Shown here: positions 41,291 through 53,341 of the stretch, one piece after another
Layout of the letters: each line of letters starts with the position of its first letter
Numbering within the stretch: the stretch's first letter is position 1
Assembly: GCA_964386295.1 (NCBI GenBank)
Contig: CAYLRR010000001.1
Location: forward strand, 178,116 to 242,115
Length of the DNA stretch: 64,000 bases
Direction of reading: 5' to 3'
DNA from: an uncultured Neisseria sp.
GTDB lineage: Bacteria; Pseudomonadota; Gammaproteobacteria; Burkholderiales; UBA11063
Notes under the pieces: generated by a model
The model's database searches: none
What the model was told of the DNA's origin: nothing
The model's input: the letters and a program-made list of their open reading frames with translations, nothing else
Program-made: the position numbers and the translations under genes

Positions 41291-41915
41291 AGGGAGCTTT
41301 TCTCTGCAAATTCTTAGGTTTTGGTTATCATCTCTTGCAATTAAAATCAATATTACCAAACCAAAGATATATGAATAATTAATCTTTACTATACAACTGT
41401 ATATTTTAGCATGGATTAGTTGAGTATTTTAGGTATTCATTATCAGGACTGACAAAGCTAAAAGTATGTGAAAAGTTATTTTGCTTTTGCAGGTTGCCCT
41501 ATTCGATTCAACTATGGTTGTTGAATTTAGGCGACTTCAAGAAATCTAGATTTAATGCAGGCATCTGACTTTTTAAAAGTGCCCACTTAAAAAGCGGGCA
41601 TATTTAACTGCATTTTCGTGTATTAACATTTATCGCATTATATCTGACTAGTTTATTATTAACTATTTATGCTAAGAACTAATTAACCTATAAACGCTAA
41701 ATGCTCACTTTGGATTATACTCTATTATCGTCATAAATAAATATAGACGCTCTAAGGTATAAATTTTAGGTTAAGTTCTTTATGAACTGATCATTCATAT
41801 AACAGGACTAAGCGTTTATCAATTACCATTAGTTAAGGAGGTAAAATTTTAAACGCCAATTAAGGTATAATATTAGGTTATAATAATCAAAATCATAAAT
41901 TTAAGGAACAATTAT

Positions 41916-42695
41916 ATGTCAGGTATTTTAAATATCGCAGTTCAGGCAGCTTATAACGCAGGAAACATAATCCAACAAGAAAGCAAAAATCTAGGCCGTA
42001 TTAAAGTTGACCGTAAAGGCCATAATGACTATGTGAGTGAAGTTGATAAAAAAGCAGAACAAATTATTATTAATACAATTTTAAAAGCATTCCCTAATCA
42101 CAACATTCTTGGTGAAGAGCAAGGTCTAATTGACAATAAATCAGAAGTAACATGGATAATTGATCCAATTGATGGCACAACTAATTATATCCATGGTCAT
42201 CCACAATATTCTATTTCAATCGCAGTAAAGCATGAAGATAAAATCACCCATGCTGCAATATTTGACCCAAACCGAAATGACATATATACAGCTGAAATAG
42301 GTAAAGGTGCCCAATTAAATAATAGCCGTATTCGTGTGACTAATACTGCCAATTTAGCTGATAGCCTCTTGGCTACCGGCTTTCCTACCTATGATATGAC
42401 ATTGCTTGATAAATATTTGGCAATTTTTAAAGATATGCTGCTATCTACAGCTGGCCAGCGCCGTGCAGGTTCAGCTGCTCTTGACCTTGCTTATGTTGCT
42501 TCAGGGATGGTTGATGGCTTTTGGGAGTTTAATTTGAAGCCTTGGGATATTGCAGCAGGTTACCTATTGGTAAAAGAAGCCGGTGGCTTAGTATGCGATT
42601 TTGAGGGTACTCAAAAAATGTTTGAAACAGGCAATATTATTGCAGCTAACCCTAAATTAATTAGCCAAATTCTAAAAGTCATACAAAATCACTAG
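41916..42695 (+). CDS. suhB: Inositol monophosphatase family protein SuhB
   Basis: WIIDPIDGTTNY, RRAGSAALDL, WDIAAG. Confidence 0.96.
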   Translation: MSGILNIAVQAAYNAGNIIQQESKNLGRIKVDRKGHNDYVSEVDKKAEQIIINTILKAFPNHNILGEEQGLIDNKSEVTWIIDPIDGTTNYIHGHPQYSISIAVKHEDKITHAAIFDPNRNDIYTAEIGKGAQLNNSRIRVTNTANLADSLLATGFPTYDMTLLDKYLAIFKDMLLSTAGQRRAGSAALDLAYVASGMVDGFWEFNLKPWDIAAGYLLVKEAGGLVCDFEGTQKMFETGNIIAANPKLISQILKVIQNH

Positions 42696-42869
42696 CAATC
42701 AAGTGAGCCGTTTTTTTTAAGAACATTATTGGAATTACCCCATTTTACTAGTTTAAGTTAAAGTGGGCAAATTCCTTGATAATAATCAGCTATAGCCAAA
42801 TTTAAATCCACGTTTAGAAATTAATTAGTAGTACTTTAGTAGTTTAATAACAATTAGGATACCGACAAA

Positions 42870-45476
42870 ATGCAAGCGCCAAACACTTTAGGAAACGATC
42901 AAGAAACTCAGAATTTTAGCCAGCATACGCCAATGATGCAGCAATATTTGCGCATTAAGGCCGAACATCCGGACATGCTGGTTTTTTATCGTATGGGCGA
43001 CTTTTTTGAATTGTTTTTTGAAGATGCAGAGATCGGAGCTAAACTTTTGGGAATTACTCTTACGCAGAGGGGAAATTCTGCTGGAGCTCCGATTAAAATG
43101 GCAGGCGTTCCTTTCCATGCTGCTGAACAATACTTAACAAAACTAGTAAGGCTTGGGCGCTCGGTAGTAATTGTCGATCAAGTTGGCGAAGTAACCGGCA
43201 AAGGGCCTGTCGAGCGTAAAGTAACGCGAATTATTACTCCTGGCACCCTTACCGATGATGTGCTTTTAGATGAAAAACAAAATAATTTAATTTTAGCACT
43301 TAGCACCCAAAAAAATGAATACGGTATCGCCTGGATCTCCCTTAGCGCAGGAATCTTCATGATTGCCCAAGGAGATCTAAAAGACCTTTATAACCAAATA
43401 GAACGACTGCGCCCGGCCGAAATTATCGCAACCCAAAAACTTATTGATGAGCTAAAAATAGCAAAACCTAATCTTGCATATAAGGCTATACCTGATTGGC
43501 ATTTTGATGCCGACTTATCAAGCCGTAAGCTTTGCGAACATTTTTCCACCCAAAACCTCGATGGCTTTGGGATTAGTGAATATAAGCTTTCCATTGCAAG
43601 CGCTGGTGTCCTTCTTGATTATGCCAAGCAAACCCAAAATAGCCAATTACCTCATATCAATAACTTGATTTACGATAACCAAAATAACTATTTAATATTA
43701 GATGCAATTTCACGCCGCAATCTTGAAATTAGCCAAACCATCCGCGGTGAAAAAGAATTAACCCTCTTAGCGGTCATGGATAAATGTGCGACTCCAATGG
43801 GCAGCCGCCTTTTGGATAATTGGTTAAATAACCCATTAAGGAACCATAGTTCTATAAATAACCGTTATCAAGCAGTTGAAGCTCTACTCCCCATTTATGA
43901 CCAAGTACGAAGCATATTAAAACAGGTGAGCGATGTTGAACGCATTACCTCAAGAATCGCGCTTCGTTCAGCTAGACCAAGAGATTTGGCGGCCCTAAGA
44001 AATACCCTGCTGCTACTGCCCCAGTTTGCATTTCTGAGAGATTATAGCAGCCAAAGTAGACTAATAGTTGATATTCATGAACATATCTTTGGACTTGATA
44101 ACACTATTTCAGAGAAACTTGTAGTGGCAATAAAGGAAGACCCAAGCGTCCTAATTAGGGATGGTAATGTCATTAATCCAGGTTATAACCAAGAATTAGA
44201 TTATTTAAGGAATATCCAAAGCGATGGCAGCCAGTTTTTATTAGAGTTAGAAGCACGCGAACGGGAAAAAACCGGGATACAGAACCTCAAAATAGAATAT
44301 AACCGGGTACATGGGTATTATATTGAAATCTCACGCTCAAATTTAGATAAAACCCCAATAGAATATCGTCGGACACAAACTTTAAAAAATGCCGAGCGTT
44401 TCACTACTCCGGAACTTAAAACATTTGAAAATGAAGTTATTTCAGCGCAAGACAAGGCTCTAGCTCTAGAAAAACGCCTCTACGAAGAAATCCTGGACTT
44501 TCTTTCCCCTGCAGTAGCTAATTTACAAAGATTAGCTGATGCCCTATCAACCCTTGATGTACTAGCTAACTTTGCCAAAATCGCTAAAGATAATAATTAC
44601 TGCCGACCAGAGCTTGTAAAACATAATGAACTAAAAATAATTGGTGGACGTCACCCTGTAGTTGAGGGACAGGTAGACCAGTTTATTGCAAACGACCTAA
44701 AATTAAACCAAAATCAAAGCTTTCTTTTAATCACCGGCCCCAACATGGGCGGTAAATCAACTTATATGCGGCAAACGGCAATTATTACCCTACTTGCTTA
44801 TTGTGGTTCATATGTGCCAGCAAAAAGTGCCCAAATTGGCGACATTGACCGAATATTTACCAGAATTGGCGCATCAGATGATTTATCAGCCGGTAAATCA
44901 ACATTCATGGTAGAAATGTCTGAAACAGCCAATATCTTGAATAATGCCACTGCAAAATCATTAATCATTATGGATGAAGTAGGCCGAGGGACTTCGACCT
45001 TTGATGGCCTGGCATTAGCTTATGCGATTGCCCGCTATATAATTGAATATAGTGGTTCATATACTTTATTTGCAACTCATTACTTTGAACTGACTGATTT
45101 GGCCAGCCACTATAGCCAAGTACTAAATGTCCATCTAAATGCAGTTGAGCATAAAGACCAGATCATTTTCATGCATCAAGTTGAAATTGGCCCTGCCGCT
45201 AAAAGCTACGGAATCCAAGTGGCATCTTTAGCGGGGGTACCCAAAGCGGTGCTTGCGACAGCCAAAAAATATCTAAGCCATTTAGAAACGCAAAGTAAAG
45301 ACCAGGCACAACTGGAGCTATTTAGTATCAATGACGCGTATAATGAAACCAAGCCTTGCCATAACCCTAAAGAGGAAGCCGTTTTAAGTCGATTAAATAA
45401 TCTGGACCCGGATGGTTTAAGTGCTAGAGAGGCCCTAGAACTCTTATATGAACTTACCAGTACCTTAAACTCATAA
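42870..45476 (+). CDS. mutS: DNA mismatch repair protein MutS
   Basis: [37 protein letters not shown]. Confidence 0.99.
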   Translation: MQAPNTLGNDQETQNFSQHTPMMQQYLRIKAEHPDMLVFYRMGDFFELFFEDAEIGAKLLGITLTQRGNSAGAPIKMAGVPFHAAEQYLTKLVRLGRSVVIVDQVGEVTGKGPVERKVTRIITPGTLTDDVLLDEKQNNLILALSTQKNEYGIAWISLSAGIFMIAQGDLKDLYNQIERLRPAEIIATQKLIDELKIAKPNLAYKAIPDWHFDADLSSRKLCEHFSTQNLDGFGISEYKLSIASAGVLLDYAKQTQNSQLPHINNLIYDNQNNYLILDAISRRNLEISQTIRGEKELTLLAVMDKCATPMGSRLLDNWLNNPLRNHSSINNRYQAVEALLPIYDQVRSILKQVSDVERITSRIALRSARPRDLAALRNTLLLLPQFAFLRDYSSQSRLIVDIHEHIFGLDNTISEKLVVAIKEDPSVLIRDGNVINPGYNQELDYLRNIQSDGSQFLLELEAREREKTGIQNLKIEYNRVHGYYIEISRSNLDKTPIEYRRTQTLKNAERFTTPELKTFENEVISAQDKALALEKRLYEEILDFLSPAVANLQRLADALSTLDVLANFAKIAKDNNYCRPELVKHNELKIIGGRHPVVEGQVDQFIANDLKLNQNQSFLLITGPNMGGKSTYMRQTAIITLLAYCGSYVPAKSAQIGDIDRIFTRIGASDDLSAGKSTFMVEMSETANILNNATAKSLIIMDEVGRGTSTFDGLALAYAIARYIIEYSGSYTLFATHYFELTDLASHYSQVLNVHLNAVEHKDQIIFMHQVEIGPAAKSYGIQVASLAGVPKAVLATAKKYLSHLETQSKDQAQLELFSINDAYNETKPCHNPKEEAVLSRLNNLDPDGLSAREALELLYELTSTLNS

Positions 45477-45779
45477 AAAGTGTTAAAAGTCTACATTACT
45501 TGGTAGTTAGTTTGCTGAAATTTAAGTTTATATTCAAACATTAAGCGAGCAATATAAAGCCATTCATACGGAAATGCTACAGCCATACACCTACCCAAAA
45601 TAAACCAGTTAGGTAATTAATTTCTAAATATGCTAAAATTAAACGTTTTCGAATTTTATTTGGATTTAACAAACGCCAAGGAGCTTCTTCTTGGAATAGG
45701 TTAGCCAAAAAAGCGGTACTGGTTGCAGTATAAATAGAATAATAGTAAAATCACTCCATTATTTTAGCAGGAGCAATTT

Positions 45780-48161
45780 ATGAAAAATATCATCTGGTTT
45801 GAAAATTTACGTATGAGCGACGTCGGAGAAGTTGGAGGAAAGAATGCTTCGTTAGGTGAAATGATTTCGCAATTAGACAGCAAAGGGATCCGAGTACCAG
45901 GTGGTTTTGCAACTACAGCTTCAGCTTATAAAAGATTCTTGGAAACAAATAATCTTAAACAGAAAATTGACAGTGTACTTGATAAACTTGATGTTGATAA
46001 TGTAATTGAACTTGCCAAAGCCGGCAAAGAAATTCAATCTTGGATCATGGATGCGCCATTCCAAGAAGACTTCGAAAAAGATTTGGAAGAAGCATATACA
46101 GCTATGCTTGCTAAATATGGCGAAGAAATTTCGGTTGCGGTTCGTTCTTCAGCAACTGCAGAAGACCTTCCTGATGCATCTTTCGCAGGGCAGCAAGATT
46201 CATATCTAAACATCCATGGCCTAGATAATTTAAAGTCGGCAGTAAAGCAAGTTTTCGCCTCGTTATATAACGATCGAGCAATTGCTTATCGCGTACATAA
46301 AGGCTTTGACCATTCTTTGATCTATTTATCAGCTGGGGTTCAAAAAATGGTGCGCTCTGATGCTGCTAGCTCAGGAGTAATGTTTACCGTTGATACTGAG
46401 TCAGGTTTTGACAAGGTTGTATTTATAACTTCTAGCTACGGCCTAGGAGAATGTATTGTTCAGGGCATGGTTAATCCTGATGAGTTTTATGTTTATAAAC
46501 CAAATTTAGTAACCAATAAACAAGCTATAATTCGCAAAAACCTTGGCAGCAAGGCAATGAAAATGGAATTTACCGATGCTACTGTCCCAGGTAAATCAGT
46601 TCGAACAATCGGGGTACCTAGTCATGAGCGTAACCAATTTTCAATTACAGATAATGATGTAATTGAGCTTGGCAAATTTGCGATGATTATCGAAGAGCAC
46701 TATGGTCGCCCAATGGACATTGAATGGGGTAAAGATGGTCTAGATAGTAAAATCTATATCTTACAAGCGCGCCCAGAAACAGTTAAATCACAAGAAGAAG
46801 TTGGCGGTAAACAAACCCGCTATCACTTGAAAGAGCGCGGTAAAGTATTAGTTACGGGACGTGCTGTCGGCCAGAAAGCGGCCAGCGGGGTGGTACGCTT
46901 AGTTAAAGACCACAGTGAAATGCATAGCGTCAAAGCTGGGGACATTTTGGTAACTGACATGACTGACCCTGATTGGGAGCCGGTAATGAAGCGTGCAGCA
47001 GCAATTGTTACTAACCGTGGAGGAAGAACCTGCCACGCTGCTATTATTGCGCGTGAATTAGGTATTCCAGCAATTGTTGGCTGCGAAAACGCAACCGAAG
47101 TACTGACAGAAGGTCAGGAAGTTACCGTTTCTTGCTGTGAAGGCGATACTGGCCACATTTATGAAGGCAAGTTAAATATAGATGTTCTAGAATTGGACAT
47201 TGGCAATATGCCTGATTTACCGGTTGAAATCATGATGAATGTAGGTAATCCTGAACTTGCTTTTAATTTCTCGACTATTCCAAATTACGGTGTAGGACTG
47301 GCACGCCTTGAATTTATTATTAATCGCCAAATTGGCATCCATCCTAAAGCATTACTTGAATTCGACAACTTGCCAGAGCCATTAAAATCAACTATTCAAG
47401 AAAAAATTTCTGGTTATAAGAGCCCAGTAGATTTTTATGTTGATAAGTTAGCTGAAGGTATTGCGACAATTGCAAGTGCGTTCTACCCGAAAAAAGTTAT
47501 TGTTAGACTATCAGATTTTAAATCAAACGAATACTCTAATCTAATTGGTGGTAAATTATATGAACCAATTGAAGAGAACCCAATGATGGGTTTTAGGGGT
47601 GCATCTCGTTATATCGCACCTAGCTTTAGAGATTGCTTCGATTTAGAATGTATGGCAATTAATAAAGTCCGTGAAACTATGGGCTTTGATAATGTAACCA
47701 TTATGATCCCATTTGTCCGCACCACAACTGAAGCTAAAGAAGTAATTGATTTGCTTGCCAATAATGGCTTAGTTCGTGGCAAAAACGGCTTAAATGTATA
47801 CATGATGTGCGAAATCCCTTCAAATGCAATACTTGCTGATAAGTTCCTTGAATACTTTGATGGATTCTCAATTGGGTCTAACGACATGACACAATTAACT
47901 CTTGGTATTGACCGCGATTCTAATGGTGCTATAGCGGCATCGTTTGATGAGCGGAATGAGGCAGTAAAAGCTATGCTACACTTAGCAATCAGCGCATGCT
48001 TAAGACAAAATAAATATGTTGGTATCTGTGGCCAGGGGCCGTCAGATCATGCTGATTTTGCGCAGTGGCTAATTGAAGAAGGAATCAAGACTATTTCTTT
48101 AAATCCAGATACAGTAATAGATACCTGGTTATATTTAAACGATCATTTAAAAAATCAATAG
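45780..48161 (+). CDS. ppsA: Phosphoenolpyruvate synthase
   Basis: VGGKNASLGEM, GGRTCHAAI, FSIGSNDMTQ. Confidence 0.98.
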   Translation: MKNIIWFENLRMSDVGEVGGKNASLGEMISQLDSKGIRVPGGFATTASAYKRFLETNNLKQKIDSVLDKLDVDNVIELAKAGKEIQSWIMDAPFQEDFEKDLEEAYTAMLAKYGEEISVAVRSSATAEDLPDASFAGQQDSYLNIHGLDNLKSAVKQVFASLYNDRAIAYRVHKGFDHSLIYLSAGVQKMVRSDAASSGVMFTVDTESGFDKVVFITSSYGLGECIVQGMVNPDEFYVYKPNLVTNKQAIIRKNLGSKAMKMEFTDATVPGKSVRTIGVPSHERNQFSITDNDVIELGKFAMIIEEHYGRPMDIEWGKDGLDSKIYILQARPETVKSQEEVGGKQTRYHLKERGKVLVTGRAVGQKAASGVVRLVKDHSEMHSVKAGDILVTDMTDPDWEPVMKRAAAIVTNRGGRTCHAAIIARELGIPAIVGCENATEVLTEGQEVTVSCCEGDTGHIYEGKLNIDVLELDIGNMPDLPVEIMMNVGNPELAFNFSTIPNYGVGLARLEFIINRQIGIHPKALLEFDNLPEPLKSTIQEKISGYKSPVDFYVDKLAEGIATIASAFYPKKVIVRLSDFKSNEYSNLIGGKLYEPIEENPMMGFRGASRYIAPSFRDCFDLECMAINKVRETMGFDNVTIMIPFVRTTTEAKEVIDLLANNGLVRGKNGLNVYMMCEIPSNAILADKFLEYFDGFSIGSNDMTQLTLGIDRDSNGAIAASFDERNEAVKAMLHLAISACLRQNKYVGICGQGPSDHADFAQWLIEEGIKTISLNPDTVIDTWLYLNDHLKNQ

Positions 48162-48170
48162 GAGTTTTTC

Positions 48171-49403
48171 ATGTCTAAACGTAGAGTTGTAGTAACAGGT
48201 ATTGGTATTGTTTCACCTGTAGGTAACGATTTAGCCAATAGCTGGAAAAACATTGTTGCTGGGGTTAGTGGCATAGACACTATTACTCATTTTGATGCAA
48301 CTAATCTTGCAACCAAAATCGCAGGCGAAGTAAAAAACTTCTCAACCGAAGGCTATATGGAAGAAAAAGAAGCCCGCCGGGTGGACCGTTTCATCCAACT
48401 TGGCATGGTTGCTGGAATCCAAGCAGTTAGAGACTCTGGGATTGAAGATGCTCCAATCAATAAAGAGAGAGTTGGTTTAATTATTGGTTCTGGGATTGGA
48501 GGTTTACCTACTATTGAAGAGAATTCTCTAATTCTTAAAGAAAAAGGACCTCGTAAAATTTCTCCTTTCTTTATCCCCAGTGCACTAGGTAATATGGTTG
48601 CAGGCCAGTTATCGATAATCTACGGCTATAAAGGCGTTAATTATGGTGTTGTTAGTGCTTGTGCTTCAAGTAACCACTGTTTGGGTGATGCTGCGCGTTA
48701 TATTGAATATGGCGACTGCGACATCATGCTTGCCGGTGGTGCTGAAAGCACTATCTGCGGGATAGGTATTGCTGGGTTTAATGCTTTAAAAGCATTATCA
48801 ACCCGAAATGACGACCCTAAAACGGCATCTCGGCCTTGGGATAAAGGCCGCGATGGGTTTGTAATGGGTGAAGGTTCAGCTGTGTTTGTATTAGAAGAAT
48901 ATGAGCATGCTAAAAAACGTGGTGCAAAAATCTATGCTGAAGTTGTTGGCTATGGCGCTACATCTGATGCGAACCATATAACGGCACCAACTGTTGATGG
49001 GCCATCAAGAAGTATGCAAATGGCATTAAAAAATGCCGGGATAAACCCGGATCAGATTGGTTATATCAATGCTCATGGTACTTCAACTCCAATTGGCGAT
49101 ATTAATGAAACCAATGCGGTTAAAGAAGTATTTAAAGATCATGCATACAAATTATCGGTAAGTTCTACCAAATCTATGACTGGGCACTTATTAGGTGCGG
49201 CAAGTGCAATTGAAGCAGTGTTTACTATTAAGGCTGTCCAAGAAGGGATTATCCCGCCGACAATCAATATTTTCGACCAAGATCCCGAATGTGATTTGGA
49301 CTATACCGCAAATGTTGCTAAAGAAAAACAACTTGAATATGCCATGTCCAATTCTTTTGGCTTTGGCGGTACCAATTCTACCGTAATTTTTAAGAAAATA
49401 TAA
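48171..49403 (+). CDS. fabF: Beta-ketoacyl-ACP synthase II
   Basis: SACAS, NAHGTSTP, KSMTGHLLGA, NSFGFGG. Confidence 0.97.
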   Translation: MSKRRVVVTGIGIVSPVGNDLANSWKNIVAGVSGIDTITHFDATNLATKIAGEVKNFSTEGYMEEKEARRVDRFIQLGMVAGIQAVRDSGIEDAPINKERVGLIIGSGIGGLPTIEENSLILKEKGPRKISPFFIPSALGNMVAGQLSIIYGYKGVNYGVVSACASSNHCLGDAARYIEYGDCDIMLAGGAESTICGIGIAGFNALKALSTRNDDPKTASRPWDKGRDGFVMGEGSAVFVLEEYEHAKKRGAKIYAEVVGYGATSDANHITAPTVDGPSRSMQMALKNAGINPDQIGYINAHGTSTPIGDINETNAVKEVFKDHAYKLSVSSTKSMTGHLLGAASAIEAVFTIKAVQEGIIPPTINIFDQDPECDLDYTANVAKEKQLEYAMSNSFGFGGTNSTVIFKKI

Positions 49404-49420
49404 GCAAAGGATAATTTAGA

Positions 49421-49657
49421 ATGGGTAAATTAGTTAAATGTGTAAAACTGGGCGTAGAAGCTGAAGGGCTGGATTTCCCTCCCTTACCAGGCGAACTTGG
49501 CCAACGTATTTTAGAAAACGTTTCAAAAGAAGCTTGGCAAGGCTGGATTAAACAGCAAACCATGATAATTAACGAAAATCGCCTAAACTTATCAGAAGAA
49601 GCGGCGCGTAGATATTTACGCCAGCAACTTGAATATTACTTTTTTTCTGGTAACTAA
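49421..49657 (+). CDS. yggX: Oxidative damage protection / Fe(II)-trafficking protein
   Basis: [38 protein letters not shown]. Confidence 0.95.
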   Translation: MGKLVKCVKLGVEAEGLDFPPLPGELGQRILENVSKEAWQGWIKQQTMIINENRLNLSEEAARRYLRQQLEYYFFSGN

Positions 49658-49659
49658 AG

Positions 49660-50544
49660 ATGAGTATCATTCCTAAAATTACTAAAGCTGTGTTTCCGGT
49701 TGCTGGTATGGGAACTAGATTCCTTCCTGCGACAAAAGCGTCGCCTAAAGAAATGCTGCCTATTGTTGACAAACCTTTAATTCAATATGCAGTAGAAGAG
49801 GCAATTGATGCAGGCATTACAGAACTAGTGTTTATCACGGGCAGGAATAAGCGCTCGATTGAAGATCATTTTGACAAAGCTTATGAACTTGAAACAGAGC
49901 TTGAGCTTAAAAATAAAACCAAACTATTAGATATTGTTCAAAATATTCTACCAAGTCATGTTAATTGTATCTACATCAGACAAGCTGAAGCATTGGGGCT
50001 TGGCCATGCGGTATTAACTGCAAAGGCGGTAGTTGGTAATGAACCATTTGCAGTAATATTGGCTGATGAGCTAATTGATGCTAAACCAGGTGCGCTGGCT
50101 CAAATGATGCAAGTATATCAAGAAACTGGTTCTTCAGTCTTGGGGGTAAATGAAGTAGCGCATGAAGATGTTTCTTCATATGGAATAGTACAGCTAGCGG
50201 CAAATTCACATAATTTCAATAAAATTGAAAAAATTGTTGAGAAACCGAAGCCGGAAGAAGCTCCTTCAAATTTGGCTGCGGTTGGCCGCTATATATTGAC
50301 GCCGCGGATATTTCATGAATTAAAAAATACCTCTCGCGGGGTAGGTGGAGAAATCCAGTTAACTGATGCAATATCCCAAGTCTTACATTATGAGGCCATT
50401 TTTGCCCATGTCATTCAAGGGAAACGCTATGATTGTGGTTCTAAGCTTGGCTATTTAGAAGCTACTATCGGTTATGGTTTGAAACATCCTGAAATCGGTA
50501 ATGAGTTCAAAGAATATTTAAAACAGCTTCAGCTTGAAATCTAA
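49660..50544 (+). CDS. galU: UTP--glucose-1-phosphate uridylyltransferase
   Basis: [36 protein letters not shown]. Confidence 0.98.
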   Translation: MSIIPKITKAVFPVAGMGTRFLPATKASPKEMLPIVDKPLIQYAVEEAIDAGITELVFITGRNKRSIEDHFDKAYELETELELKNKTKLLDIVQNILPSHVNCIYIRQAEALGLGHAVLTAKAVVGNEPFAVILADELIDAKPGALAQMMQVYQETGSSVLGVNEVAHEDVSSYGIVQLAANSHNFNKIEKIVEKPKPEEAPSNLAAVGRYILTPRIFHELKNTSRGVGGEIQLTDAISQVLHYEAIFAHVIQGKRYDCGSKLGYLEATIGYGLKHPEIGNEFKEYLKQLQLEI

Positions 50545-50568
50545 CAAAGACTGTTCCTTGAAGTTGAT

Positions 50569-50601
50569 AAAAAATGCGGTATATATATTACCGCATTTTT
50601 T
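50569..50601. terminator. Intrinsic terminator after galU
   Basis: AAAAAATGCGGTA-7 nt-TACCGCATTTTTT. Confidence 0.85.
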
Positions 50602-50887
50602 ATGCTTAACCAACATTAAAACAGTAAATAAGAAGTAGTTTAGTTAACAATTTCCTACTGGCCACGTATTCAGTCATGTATATATTTAACCCAAGCTTAT
50701 CCCCTAATTAGCAATTTATTTTTTTGCAATATATCTCTTCTTTTCGGCAATTGCATCTGATGCAGAAAATCGATGCTTAGCATAATTTCAGCTGCCTATT
50801 ATAATTCTACAATGCAAAAACTAAAACCAGTTTTAGTTTTTTTCAATTGCTAAACTTTTATTTATCATAATAGAAAGGAACTATACC

Positions 50888-52618
50888 ATGCTAGCTGCAA
50901 ACCTGAAAAATACACCACCCACTACGCAGCCAAGAGAGACTAGCACAAAATCAGAAACTCCAAGATACTCAAGCTTTTTAGCTAAGGACGCACAGAAAGA
51001 AAATACGAGTTTATTTCAGGCAAGCACGCTATCTCATGATACCCCACTAAAAACTAATATAAGGTACTCAATCCCGTTCAAAGAAAAACCCAAAGAAGAA
51101 AACCCTTTCTCAACCTCTAACAACAGTTTAGTATCCCCAAATAACCATCTAAATAATGGAGTAATGGCGTCAGCTCCGCAACAAGCACAAGTTTCTTACC
51201 AAACTGCTAGCACTCCTGACATAACACCAGCGAATCATGAGACCACCCCAATAGAACCAGCTTTGGCCACACCAGACAGGCCAGCAATGAAGAAAATCAT
51301 AGAGCAGCTGATAAATTTAATTAGCAAGCACCATTTGGAAAAAAAACCATCATACATAAGAAGATATTCTGAAGAAGAATATAAATCTCTTCGTTTACAG
51401 TTAGCAGGATTAGTGCTTGGCCTAGTTAAAATGTCACAACCTATGAGGATATCCAAGGTATCCAGGGAAAAATTTGAAGCGCCATGCAACTTCCAGGTAT
51501 ACAGTGATAAGGAATTTGCTCACCTGCTTGGTTCTTTGCACTTGCCAGAAAGTTTGCCTTTAGCACCGGGAATTTATGGAATTTATCCTGATAAGAACAA
51601 GCCAACCCATAAATGGGTTGGTCCCAATAAACCAGATACCTTTTATCAAGTATATCAAGAAAATACAACACCACAAAAAATTTCATTAGCCAAGGGGATA
51701 AAAGCAAAAAATTTCATGAACAACCAAGGTTTTGACTGGCAACAACTCAATATATTCTTTGGTGACTTACAATTACCTCCAAATGGTTTACATATTCTTG
51801 AAAGTACACATGGGACAATATATTACGTAATTAGGTCCGACGGAGTAGTACAAAAATATAACTCCCTTAAAGAAGAACATAGAGAAAGTGTAAATAGCCT
51901 TGCAGGTCAAGCAATTCCACCTGATGAGCTCCGGCAAAAATATCAGCTCCCTTTTCCTACTTCATTTGAATTAGCAAAAGCAGAACTGTATTTCAGGTTT
52001 AAGATCAAACCTGGTTCAAGGAAAGAGCAAATGTACACCCAATTCTTAGACGAATTCAAGGAGGCGTTAAATTCTTGGAGTAAGAACAACAATATCAATT
52101 TCTCTTCATTAACTACTGAGGAGAGAAACACACTAATTACTGAGTTATCTGATGCCAAGTACAAGTTCAATGTAAAGAAAATTTATGAAGTTTTACAAAA
52201 TAAAATAAATAAAGCCAATGAGACTGAGATAAATTTCGCTAAAATTGAAGGTATGATTATCATTTATTCAGCCTATCTTCACAAATTAGTAAAATTTAAG
52301 CTTAAAACATATTTTCCTGACTCATTTCTCGAACATTTTCCTACTGCAAAAGAAATAGATTATGAAATACAGTCATTAGTTAGGGCTGCGAAAAAAAAAG
52401 ATGAGGTAGAGTATAAACCTAAAAAAGAAATGTGGGAACTTCTAGATAGCTTATTTAATCGGCAACAGATTAGGAATCATTTAGACACTAAATATGATAA
52501 AGAAAAAGAAGAAAAAGGCGAAGCGGTTGTTTTCCTAAACGCAAATATCGCCAGCCTCTTTACTGAACTTAGTAATAAACTTCACCCGGCTAAACCAGAA
52601 GAAATTTTTGATTTCTAA
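50888..52618 (+). CDS. Hypothetical protein, effector-like
   Basis: 576 aa; P/T/S-rich low-complexity N-terminal ~130 aa, charged helical C-terminus, no signal peptide. Confidence 0.7.
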   Translation: MLAANLKNTPPTTQPRETSTKSETPRYSSFLAKDAQKENTSLFQASTLSHDTPLKTNIRYSIPFKEKPKEENPFSTSNNSLVSPNNHLNNGVMASAPQQAQVSYQTASTPDITPANHETTPIEPALATPDRPAMKKIIEQLINLISKHHLEKKPSYIRRYSEEEYKSLRLQLAGLVLGLVKMSQPMRISKVSREKFEAPCNFQVYSDKEFAHLLGSLHLPESLPLAPGIYGIYPDKNKPTHKWVGPNKPDTFYQVYQENTTPQKISLAKGIKAKNFMNNQGFDWQQLNIFFGDLQLPPNGLHILESTHGTIYYVIRSDGVVQKYNSLKEEHRESVNSLAGQAIPPDELRQKYQLPFPTSFELAKAELYFRFKIKPGSRKEQMYTQFLDEFKEALNSWSKNNNINFSSLTTEERNTLITELSDAKYKFNVKKIYEVLQNKINKANETEINFAKIEGMIIIYSAYLHKLVKFKLKTYFPDSFLEHFPTAKEIDYEIQSLVRAAKKKDEVEYKPKKEMWELLDSLFNRQQIRNHLDTKYDKEKEEKGEAVVFLNANIASLFTELSNKLHPAKPEEIFDF

Positions 52619-52726
52619 TCGCAGTTAGATTTAGCAATTTAATTCGGGCTTTACCTTGATTAAGGTATAGAAAATTATCCTTTGTACCTTACAGATAATT
52701 AAAAGCCCTGAATTATTTTAATATAT

Positions 52727-53341
52727 CTAGTATGCTTGAATCTCGGAATCATTTTCAGGCTTATTCGGGATAATAAAACTTACAAAATCAATAAGTAAAA
52801 CAAGCCATAACACTGGGTCAAATAAGTAATCCCATAGGTTATTTGAAAATTGGGTTTTAAAGTAAAAGCCTGCTAAAGACAAAAGTAGCACGACCCCAAA
52901 CTTGCGCTCAAAAAGGATTAACACTATAGCTAGTATCGCAATTGCAATTGGAAACCATAAAGTTAAATAGCCCCACGAATATATATCAATACTGATAAAA
53001 CCAAGTGCAGATAGATAAAGCGCAAATCCAACTATAATCAAACTACATTTCTCCACCCTATTGAGCACCGCAGTTCGCTTATCACTGAAGTCAAATTGAT
53101 TTACAATAATTAAGATTAAAAGCCCGCCGCTCATAAGACTTACATCGCCAATTGCGCCACGGGCTAATTCGACCAAGGAACTACCGCGCCAAAGAGGGAG
53201 AACATTTATCCCTAGGATAAGTAGAATAAACAAAAGTGAGCTAAGAAATAAGGAAAATCTAGGTAACTGGCTTAGATAAACTAAAAGCAAGGCTAAAGCC
53301 AGCGAATATATAGTTAATTGGATTAATTCAATGTTGAGCAT
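52727..53341 (-). CDS. Integral membrane protein
   Basis: Six to seven hydrophobic segments, NLWDYLFDP motif; overlaps the upstream gene. Confidence 0.8.
   Translation of the reverse strand: MLNIELIQLTIYSLALALLLVYLSQLPRFSLFLSSLLFILLILGINVLPLWRGSSLVELARGAIGDVSLMSGGLLILIIVNQFDFSDKRTAVLNRVEKCSLIIVGFALYLSALGFISIDIYSWGYLTLWFPIAIAILAIVLILFERKFGVVLLLSLAGFYFKTQFSNNLWDYLFDPVLWLVLLIDFVSFIIPNKPENDSEIQAY

Noticed and set aside
41291-41359. N-terminal extension of DnaB
   Set aside because: Homology starts at MSSPT; the extra 23 codons are an ORF-caller artefact
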